NCBI GenBank assembly: GCA_016282855.1
Contig: JAEELT010000106.1
Location: forward strand, 4,703-68,702
DNA: 64,000 bases
Source of the DNA: Clostridiaceae bacterium
Lineage (GTDB): Bacteria; Bacillota; Clostridia; Oscillospirales; Acutalibacteraceae
Reading direction: 5' to 3'
The position numbers and the translations under genes are program-made. Positions 18,401 to 25,226 of the stretch are shown here, one piece after another; within the stretch, counting starts at the first letter, position 1; each line of letters begins with the position of its first letter. Under the pieces are notes generated by a model. It made no database searches, had not been told where the DNA came from, and saw only the letters and a list, made by a program, of their open reading frames with translations.

Positions 18401-20185
18401 AACAAGTACAGAATCGTTTATGTGAAGCCCGACGGCACACTTGAGACTGTAATCGAAGAAGATTTCGGCACTGACCTGAGCGGCAAGACTGCTCCCGACT
18501 ACGAGCAGTATAACATTCCCGGCGCAGCCGTTACCTACACAGGCTGGAGCATGGATCTTCCCGCAACAATGCCTGTTTACACCGACACCTTTGAGGTAGG
18601 CGGCACAACCTACACCGACGCTGTAAAGGTTACTCCCGTTTCTCAGAGCAACGAGAAAGTTACAGTAAAATATATCTATGCGGACGGCACAGAGGCAGCT
18701 TCACTTGAGGATTACCCCGGAGCAACTCTCAGCGCTCCCGCAAACACAGTTGAAGACGGTTTCACATTCGAGTGGAGCCAGAACCTCACTCAGTTCCCCG
18801 CAAGCGACACAACAGTCAATGAAACCAAGACCCCGAAGGATGTTAATGTTATAGTTTCCGCTGAGTCAGGCTCCACAACCTCAACAGAGACTGTTCCCTT
18901 CGACAGAGCTCCCACAGAGCCTCCCATGCCTTCAATTCCCACCGGTGTTGACTTCGAAGGCTGGAGCACACCCGATGGCATAATCATTGACTTCACAAAG
19001 GCTCTCAAGGATCAGCTCAGCGGCTATGTTCCCGAGATTACCCTTACTCCTTCTTTCAGCGTAAGCGACAAGTATTATGCTGTTGACGGCACCGATACAG
19101 ACGGCAACTTCACCTATAAGCTTGACAAGACATTCAAGCATATCATCGGCACAGCTGACGACAGCTATACTGTTCCCGATGCTGCTGAAATGGAAGGATT
19201 TACCTTCAAGTACTGGAGCCTCGATAAGACTACAGACGCTGCTCCCACCGGACAATTCGCAGATACTACCAGAGAATTCTATCCGTATTACGAAATCAAC
19301 AAGCATGACGTCAAGTACGTAAGCGAAGGCACCACAGTTGAGGATTATCCCGATGTTGCGTTCGCAAGCGAGCTTCCCAGACCTGAAGATCCCACCAGAG
19401 AAGGTTACGTATTCGGCGGCTGGTTAGATCAAGACGGAAAGGCACCCGGCGACTATGCCACAATGCCCGATAAGGATCTCACCTTCACCGCACAGTGGAT
19501 TATCCCCGGAGCTGACTACACCATCACTTACTATGATCGCGAAGGTAGAGTTTACCATACTTACACCGTACATTCAGGCAACGATATAACCGATGAATAT
19601 ATCCCCGAAGATCCTCAGAGATTCGGCTTCATATTCAAGGGTTGGGATCCTGAAATCCCCGATGTAATGCCCGAGGAGAACCTTGAGTTCAACGCAATCT
19701 GGGAAATCGATCCTAAGTTTGTAGCTCTCGTTGTAGGCGGCGTTGTAGTATCCGGCGCAGTTGTAGGCGGCGTTGCAGCAGCTAACGCGGCACTTATCAC
19801 CGGCGCAGTCATCGTTGGCGGCGTAGTAGTTGTAGGCGGCATTGCTCTTGCAAAGCACACCCACAAGGTAACCTACATTGTTGACGGTGAAAACTACAGA
19901 GTATACTACATCCTTGAAGGCGCTAAAGTTATAGTTCCCAAGGATCCCACCAAGGACGGCGCAGACTTCACCGGCTGGACTCCCGAAGTTCCCGAGAGAA
20001 TGCCCGCAAACGACCTCTGCTTCGAGGCAACCTGGTCCACCGATGCTGCAGATGACGGCGCGGCACCCGTTGACGATACAATTCCCGACACCGGTTCCGC
20101 AACCGCAAGCCTTGCTGCATTCGCAGTAATCTCCTCCGCAGCAGCAGCGGCATACGTAATCACCCGCAAAAAGAAGGAAGACTGA
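15494..20185 (+). CDS. Giant sortase-anchored protein C: cohesin-like N-domain, Flg_new repeats, internal hydrophobic hairpin, IPDTG sorting signal
   Basis: Signal peptide. KVKAGDIVQAEIRFTSDFPIGEFTLSFMFDNRVLE cohesin-like pattern. DPTREGYVFGGW-type repeats. IPDTG, hydrophobic helix, then RKKKED. ATG 15494 behind AGGAGG. Confidence 0.87.
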   Translation: MKTLKAFAKKPIAIVLAVLMIVGSVSVVAMADPDVTGKLTVSTSFKGYKPNEAMPTMPMMASTFNLNPGANPGDWKVKAGDIVQAEIRFTSDFPIGEFTLSFMFDNRVLENAWDTYGGVGNAKSMMNLSLVNKAVIDEIQDLDDLSVTTDSLVTEGYMTAEEAANLGGIYAFGSFGVNVTNPTTYSGDANSWVFRHQLKVKDADALRNYLASGSGALTYATFELLPNSTKSHELDSSFNAIATGNVSNYNLTGAHSSDMYILNIKGESEHLVFGSAITLDAIDGIGQFNELTDPEAVCTETLSDISGAPLETSIDKGTDYEPKYDAAAVDFIGWSTEKATGSQTDGNGKPVFGGDYTKMITSTADGYVDSDNNPVIFDGQTLYAVYGAANTKYNVIVYTPDLDANNKDLADPATYTASAPVEKSGSVSEAVTEVPSDVTIPDGYTVDRTETIAELAPLNAGAIPDANTFKIYLKRNAYTIKWMVGDVEVPNTAKTVLYGANAGTANYGDPGLDDANAVITADSPNYGKYVTGWSSHEVTCAGNITVQATLADMPVKVTLHDTDANGVAGKFPGGATESVADKTYGQTVAESDFAALSADEANHYHFVEGGKFTYTDKDGNTQTVATLNDLPALTAANYTLTRNGNEFTADVYPVFELDKGVATFYANGGKFADDKTEITVDKSYGAQIPESDAPAVAEPKTETNSYGSTANYKLAGWGTATDSTTPVTFPQTYESDETAKFYAIWEKDWKTITFVDKDGNTVYEVMKNGVDADHPADITDDKEVATTKITAPEGATWVWEDPTDPIVDDIQIAGHFEYQFRTVYTPPVGDSQVLADEAYKEGTPITAEADPSAADETFSGWYDNAECTGTVFAEPGASFNMPAAPLTIYGKAVKNEHKVTYKVDGAEIEAPKTYTVGDTVDALKDKAAYQKEGNTISDWKVTNADTGVEVAFPTAMPNYDILVEATNTPNKYRIVYVKPDGTLETVIEEDFGTDLSGKTAPDYEQYNIPGAAVTYTGWSMDLPATMPVYTDTFEVGGTTYTDAVKVTPVSQSNEKVTVKYIYADGTEAASLEDYPGATLSAPANTVEDGFTFEWSQNLTQFPASDTTVNETKTPKDVNVIVSAESGSTTSTETVPFDRAPTEPPMPSIPTGVDFEGWSTPDGIIIDFTKALKDQLSGYVPEITLTPSFSVSDKYYAVDGTDTDGNFTYKLDKTFKHIIGTADDSYTVPDAAEMEGFTFKYWSLDKTTDAAPTGQFADTTREFYPYYEINKHDVKYVSEGTTVEDYPDVAFASELPRPEDPTREGYVFGGWLDQDGKAPGDYATMPDKDLTFTAQWIIPGADYTITYYDREGRVYHTYTVHSGNDITDEYIPEDPQRFGFIFKGWDPEIPDVMPEENLEFNAIWEIDPKFVALVVGGVVVSGAVVGGVAAANAALITGAVIVGGVVVVGGIALAKHTHKVTYIVDGENYRVYYILEGAKVIVPKDPTKDGADFTGWTPEVPERMPANDLCFEATWSTDAADDGAAPVDDTIPDTGSATASLAAFAVISSAAAAAYVITRKKKED

Positions 20186-20217
20186 TTCCTCCTTTAAGGT
20201 GACAGCAGATTAAACCG

Positions 20218-20245
20218 AATGCCCACCGCGAAAGCGGTGGGCATT
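20218..20245 (+). terminator. Hairpin terminator after gene C
   Basis: AATGCCCACCGC-GAAA-GCGGTGGGCATT. Confidence 0.75.
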
Positions 20246-20297
20246 ATCATATTCAAAGCCCGTTTGTTTAAGATTAACGCAAACAAGCTTCGTCGGT

Positions 20298-20345
20298 AAA
20301 AGAAAAGGACCGCGTATTCGCAGACAGTTACGAATACGCGGTTCT
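20298..20345 (-). terminator. Terminator of the GNAT-oxidoreductase gene
   Basis: ACCGCGTATTCG...CGAATACGCGGT with an A-run on the left (U-tract on the minus strand). Confidence 0.7.
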
Positions 20346-20373
20346 GATTTATTAACCGTATTTAACCGGCGGT

Positions 20374-22194
20374 TTATTTATCAAATTTCTTTTTGAGAGT
20401 TTCATACACTTCCGGCTCAATCTCGGGGTTGCCTTTTGAATAGCTCGGTATGCATTTGTATGCCGGGTTTTTCGGGTCGGTGCAGGTTGTGTCATTTCTC
20501 CATATATCACGCTGCGCCTTATCACGCAGATTGGGTATCTCTTTTGTGATTCCGCCCTCAAGCACGGAGTAATAGGCGAATATTCCGGGCAGGAACATAT
20601 CAAGAGCCTCGTAAACATCTACTATGTCCGTATTCCGGTTTCCTTTTATGCGCTGTACAAAATTAAACATCACATACACATCGCTGCCGCCGTGACCCGC
20701 TCCCTGAGAGAAGTCGGAGAGACTGTCAGCGGTCTCAATCAGCGAGGGCTTGCCGTCATTTGTGCCGTCATCAACGGAGTCTATATTGGCGTAAAGCACG
20801 CCCGCGCCGCCCGCTTCGGCATCCTCGCGGGCAGTTTCAAGCCTGCCCTTTGAGCCGTAAACCGTGTACCATACAGAATTCTTTGAAGGACCTACGCCGT
20901 GAAGGCTTTTGAGAATCGCGCCGCTTTCAAGCGTGACCATCTCCACGGCAAAAGCGCCTGCCTTGGCGCCCATACGGTGCATACGGGCGTTGAACGGCGC
21001 CTCAAAGCCTGCCACCTTCACAGGCCTCTGGCCGCTTATATGGATGAGCGGACCGAGGGAATGTGTGCAGTAATAGAAGGCGCTCATAGTGTTGCGCCAG
21101 TGCAGGGGATCACAGCAGGAGTATCTGTGCCAGCCGTCCTCGCAGTTGTGCATATATTCGCCCTCGCCGTATTCAAACACGCCGAGCTCACCTTTTTTGC
21201 AGAGCTTTGCCATTTTTTTCGGGCCGGGCATATAGCAGTAATTTTCAGCGTAAGCGTAAATCTTACCGGTCCTTTCAACCGCCTCGCAAAGCTCGACGGC
21301 CTCTTTCATATTCTGAACCGGCAGAACCTCAGAGAGCACGTGCTTGCCGGTCTCCATGGCTTTTATGGCGTAGGGGGCGTGCTCGTTTGCGTAGTTCGCG
21401 AGGCAGACAGCGTCCATATCGTGCTTTATGAATTCATCAAAATCGCTGTAGAACGCAACATTGTCGCAGGAGAATTTTTCCTTTATTTCTTTGAAGCGTT
21501 CTTCATTATAATCGCAGACCGCAACAAGCTCGGCATCGTCAAACTCCCTGCAGTATTCCATAAAGGTTTTGCCCCTCGCGCCGCCGAAAACGCCGAAGCG
21601 AATCTTTTTAACAAGGCCCTTGCGCTTTATTGTTTTGTAGGGAGTGCCGTCCTCGTAAACCATAGGCACTTCGTCAATGCCGTATTCCTCGAGCACTGCC
21701 GCCCAGCGGTTTTCCATATTCATATCATACTCCACAGGCAGGAATCCCGCTGTGAGGTAAGATTTTACAGCGCCCTTGCGCCATTCATCGGTGGTGAGTG
21801 AAATATAGTCCACTCCCTGTGCCGCAAGCTTTTTGCAGGTGAGAGAGGCAAGATATTTGCTCAGCTTTTTGCCTCTGAAATCGGTGCGTATGCCCACCAT
21901 GTGCATATCTCCGACATTTCTGTCCTCAAATTTGAAAGCGGTGACTGTGCCTATATGCTCGCCGTTAAAGTCAAGAAAGAATACATCCTTGTAAGGGTCA
22001 ATATCCGTCCACGAGAGAATTGAGTCGTCAAAGGCGGAGTCGGTGGCATCATCACCCACAAGCCCGTTTTTGCAGATTTCAACCCAGGCGGATTTATCCT
22101 CGTCACCCTTGTAGTTTGAGAAGGAGTAGCCCTGCGGCAAAGGTGAATCATCCACCGGTGTGCCGGGGAACCAATACATTTTAAGCTGCGCCAT
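20374..22194 (-). CDS. Fusion of a GNAT acetyltransferase and a Gfo/Idh/MocA-family oxidoreductase
   Basis: N-terminal HMVGIRTDFRGKKLSK and AVKSYLTAGF (GNAT motifs A/B). C-terminal RFGVFGGARG, AELVAVCD, GKHVLSEV, YAENY and GHGGSD. ATG 22194 behind GGAGG. Confidence 0.85.
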   Translation of the reverse strand: MAQLKMYWFPGTPVDDSPLPQGYSFSNYKGDEDKSAWVEICKNGLVGDDATDSAFDDSILSWTDIDPYKDVFFLDFNGEHIGTVTAFKFEDRNVGDMHMVGIRTDFRGKKLSKYLASLTCKKLAAQGVDYISLTTDEWRKGAVKSYLTAGFLPVEYDMNMENRWAAVLEEYGIDEVPMVYEDGTPYKTIKRKGLVKKIRFGVFGGARGKTFMEYCREFDDAELVAVCDYNEERFKEIKEKFSCDNVAFYSDFDEFIKHDMDAVCLANYANEHAPYAIKAMETGKHVLSEVLPVQNMKEAVELCEAVERTGKIYAYAENYCYMPGPKKMAKLCKKGELGVFEYGEGEYMHNCEDGWHRYSCCDPLHWRNTMSAFYYCTHSLGPLIHISGQRPVKVAGFEAPFNARMHRMGAKAGAFAVEMVTLESGAILKSLHGVGPSKNSVWYTVYGSKGRLETAREDAEAGGAGVLYANIDSVDDGTNDGKPSLIETADSLSDFSQGAGHGGSDVYVMFNFVQRIKGNRNTDIVDVYEALDMFLPGIFAYYSVLEGGITKEIPNLRDKAQRDIWRNDTTCTDPKNPAYKCIPSYSKGNPEIEPEVYETLKKKFDK

Positions 22195-22288
22195 AACAAA
22201 ACCTCCCGTGCGCATTAAATATCATATAAATGTTATCACAAAGAGACTCTCTTTTCAATGACGGGAGTGCCAAAACGGCATAAAATTA

Positions 22289-22317
22289 TTGACAAAAATG
22301 CCTAAACACTCTATAAT
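22289..22317 (+). promoter_or_regulatory. Consensus sigma-A promoter of tRNA-Leu
   Basis: TTGACA-17 nt-TATAAT. Confidence 0.88.
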
Positions 22318-22329
22318 GTGTTAGCGTAA

Positions 22330-22416
22330 GCCGGTGTGGCGGAATTGGCAGACGCAAGGGACTTAAAATCCCTCGGTGGCAACATCGTACCGGTTCGACC
22401 CCGGTCACCGGCACCA
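22330..22416 (+). tRNA. tRNA-Leu, anticodon TAA
   Basis: GCCGGTG acceptor stem pairs with CACCGGC-A-CCA. D-loop GGAATTGGCAGAC, anticodon arm AGGGA-CTTAAAA-TCCCT, long variable arm, GGTTCGA T-loop. Confidence 0.97.
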
Positions 22417-22420
22417 GGAA

Positions 22421-22456
22421 CGGCGCGGATTGTTATGCAGTCCGCGCTGTTTTTTT
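22421..22456 (+). terminator. Terminator after tRNA-Leu
   Basis: GGCGCGGAT...GTCCGCGCT followed by a T run. Confidence 0.8.
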
Positions 22457-22560
22457 GCTTTGTAAGAGCGGGCAAAATATGGATGAAATATGGAAAAGCT
22501 CATCTTTTTATGCTACAATTGAAATATATTACCGGAAAGCACACGAAAGGCGGTTTTGAT

Positions 22561-25038
22561 ATGGCAAAGATTGTTATGACCAAACCAAGCAGCAGCGGCA
22601 TTGCGCTTGGCGGCATCGGCGCGGGAAGCGTGGAGCTCTTCCCCGACGGCGAATTTCACTATTGGCAGATTGCCAATCCGCCCAGAATGACTCAGGTCTG
22701 CTTTGAAAAAAAGGTTGATGACGGCGAGAGCAGCACGGGCGCGCTGTCCTTCTGGGTCCGTACGGAAAAGGACGGCCAGATACCCACCGTCAGAAAGCTC
22801 GGCATGCGGACCGAGCCGGACGATTTCACCTATCGTTTATACCCCTGGAACAAGCCTGTGGAGAGAATAACCTTCAGCGGGCAGTTTCCGGTGTGCGAGC
22901 TGAAATATGAGGACTCGGCACTTCCCTGCACTCTGACGGGGCGCGCGATTGCGCCGTTTGTGCCTCACTGTACGGATACAGCTGCAACGCCGGGGTTCGC
23001 TGTGGATTTTGATATTGAGAACCCCGGCAGCGAACCGCTGACGGTGAGCCTGCTGGGCACTCTTGTGCCGGAGTTTTGCAACGGCGGCGGCTGCCGCAAC
23101 GGGCTTTCGCGCGAGGACGGCAGCGTGAGCGTAACTCTTTGCCCTGCAGAAAAAACAGAAGCACCCGACTGCGGCGAAACCTGCCTCTCTGTGAGCGGAG
23201 ACGGAGAAAAGAGCTATATTGCGGGAGAGTATCGGCGCTTTATGCGGGAGTATATCTTTGACGATGACAATTACGGCGTCAGCCAGGAATCAGTGCTTTT
23301 CGGCTTCCGTGAAACAGGCCGCCTGCCGGACAGCGAAAAGTGCTCCCCGCCGCGCGAAATTCCCGAAAATATGCAGGCGCTCTCCGACAGTGAAATTGAC
23401 TCGCTTTATAATGAATATACCGCCTACCCATTCGCATTGTCCATCCTCAGCCGCATTCGCAGCACTATGCCTGAATTTCCTTCAGGCAGGGAGGAGAGGA
23501 TTTCCTTTTTGACTGCGCTGAAAGGGCAGGACCGTCTGCGAATTCAATGCCCCGAAGAATTCGGCTCGGCGGCGCTTGCGAGCACCGTGCGTCTCGACCC
23601 GGGCGAAAAAAAGACCGTCCGTTTTATCCTCTCGTGGTATTTTCCCAATCATTTTTCCAAAGACGGACGCCGCCTCGGGCATTACTATGAGAATCTCTTC
23701 GGCGGGGCGGCTCAGGCAAACGCTTTTTTGCGTACACATCCCGAGATATTTGAGAAAGCCGCCGCATTCTCGCAGCTGCTTTTCAATACAACCCTTCCCG
23801 AAGATTATCCTGACAGCTGGAGCTCACACCTGAGCACAATCGTAAAGTGCTCGTGGTATCTCAAAGACGGCAAATTCGGTCTGTGGGAGGGGCAGGGCTT
23901 CTGCGGTTTCCATACCACGGATATTACCTACCACGCCTCATTTGGCCTGCTTGCTCTGTTTCCCGAGCTGCAGCTCAGGCAGATGCGTATGGGCGCCGCC
24001 TTCCAGCGGGAGGACGGACGGGTGCATCACTTCTTCACGCCGGACCTTGATCACGTGGGCAGCGGATATGAACGCGTGGATATGAACAACCAGTTTGTGC
24101 TCATGGTGTTGCGCGATTATCTCTATACCGGCGATAAAGGCTACCTTGAGGAGATGTGGCCGCACATAATACGCGCTATTGACTCCATAGGGGAGCTTGA
24201 CTCTGACGGTGACGGTCTGCCGGACCGCGGCACTACCCGCAACACCTATGACGCCTGGAACTTTTCCGGCACGCCGGTTTATATTTCGGTCTTATGGCTC
24301 GCAGCTCTGAAGGCAGCCGCCCGCGCGGCGGATGAAATGGGCGAGAGCGTACGCGCCGGCGAGTGGCGCAGCCTGCTTGAAAAGGGGCTCGCATCCCTTG
24401 AGAAACGCCTGTGGAACGGCGAATATTATGACCTGTGGCGCTGCGGTGAAGACAGAGACGAAACATTGATGACAGACCAGCTTGACGGCGAATGGTTTTT
24501 GCGCGTTTCGGGCATCGGGGGCAACCTGAGCGACGCCCGTGTACGGGATGTTTTGCGCGTGATTATCGAAAACAACTTTACCGCGGACGGCGGTCTTATA
24601 AACGCCACCTGCCCCGAGGGGCGGCGGACCACGCTGTATTCTCATAAAAACTGCCAGACAGAAGCTGTGTGGACAGGCATAGGCTATGTTACGGCGGCTC
24701 TTTGCCTGAGCGTTGGAATGTGCGCACAGGCGCAGGCAATTGTCGCCTCAGTCCGGAGCAACCAGGCCCGTTTCGGCGCGCTTTGGGATCACTGGGAGTG
24801 CGGGCATCACTATACCAGGCCGATGTCGAGCTGGACCACTCTCAGCGCGGCTCTGGGCCTTGAGATTGATGCCGCGAAACGGATTATCCGGCTCAGACCT
24901 GCCGCTGAAAATATTACTCTGCCGCTGTGCGTCCCCGGAGCGCTCGGCACGGTTGAGGTCAGAAACGGCGATGTAAACATCCGACTTGCCTGTGGCAGCC
25001 TTGAAGGCTGGAGCATACAGACAGGGGAAACCCCGTGA
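22561..25038 (+). CDS. GH116 beta-glucosidase / non-lysosomal glucosylceramidase-like
   Basis: N-terminal GIALGGIGAGSV. C-terminal FGLWEG, TTDITYHAS, LDSDGDGLPD..NTYDAW, DQLDGEW, VWTGI and HYTRPMSSW. Start moved to ATG 22561 because the longer ORF overlaps the tRNA. Confidence 0.9.
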   Translation: MAKIVMTKPSSSGIALGGIGAGSVELFPDGEFHYWQIANPPRMTQVCFEKKVDDGESSTGALSFWVRTEKDGQIPTVRKLGMRTEPDDFTYRLYPWNKPVERITFSGQFPVCELKYEDSALPCTLTGRAIAPFVPHCTDTAATPGFAVDFDIENPGSEPLTVSLLGTLVPEFCNGGGCRNGLSREDGSVSVTLCPAEKTEAPDCGETCLSVSGDGEKSYIAGEYRRFMREYIFDDDNYGVSQESVLFGFRETGRLPDSEKCSPPREIPENMQALSDSEIDSLYNEYTAYPFALSILSRIRSTMPEFPSGREERISFLTALKGQDRLRIQCPEEFGSAALASTVRLDPGEKKTVRFILSWYFPNHFSKDGRRLGHYYENLFGGAAQANAFLRTHPEIFEKAAAFSQLLFNTTLPEDYPDSWSSHLSTIVKCSWYLKDGKFGLWEGQGFCGFHTTDITYHASFGLLALFPELQLRQMRMGAAFQREDGRVHHFFTPDLDHVGSGYERVDMNNQFVLMVLRDYLYTGDKGYLEEMWPHIIRAIDSIGELDSDGDGLPDRGTTRNTYDAWNFSGTPVYISVLWLAALKAAARAADEMGESVRAGEWRSLLEKGLASLEKRLWNGEYYDLWRCGEDRDETLMTDQLDGEWFLRVSGIGGNLSDARVRDVLRVIIENNFTADGGLINATCPEGRRTTLYSHKNCQTEAVWTGIGYVTAALCLSVGMCAQAQAIVASVRSNQARFGALWDHWECGHHYTRPMSSWTTLSAALGLEIDAAKRIIRLRPAAENITLPLCVPGALGTVEVRNGDVNIRLACGSLEGWSIQTGETP

Positions 25039-25226
25039 AAAGGTACCGGCTGAGATGACTGCAGTGTAAAAAGCCGGTAAAAAACTATATATTGTGTTTT
25101 TTTGGCATAATAATCTTGCATATAGTAAATATATGTGTTAATATTATTTAGTGATGTGAAAAAAGGCAAAAAAGGCCTCATTGTGTTATCTGCTGAACGG
25201 ATAATAAGAAAAATGAGGTGTATAAA

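Noticed and set aside
3782-20185. Classical cellulosome gene cluster or diversity-generating retroelement target
   Set aside because: No glycoside hydrolase modules or tandem cohesin arrays are recognisable, and I saw no reverse transcriptase or template/variable repeat pair in the window.
20899-21801. 300-aa plus-strand ORF
   Set aside because: Antisense shadow of the GNAT-oxidoreductase gene, with no motifs.
22336-22560. Upstream extension of the GH116 ORF
   Set aside because: It reads through the tRNA-Leu gene and its terminator; the real start is 22561.
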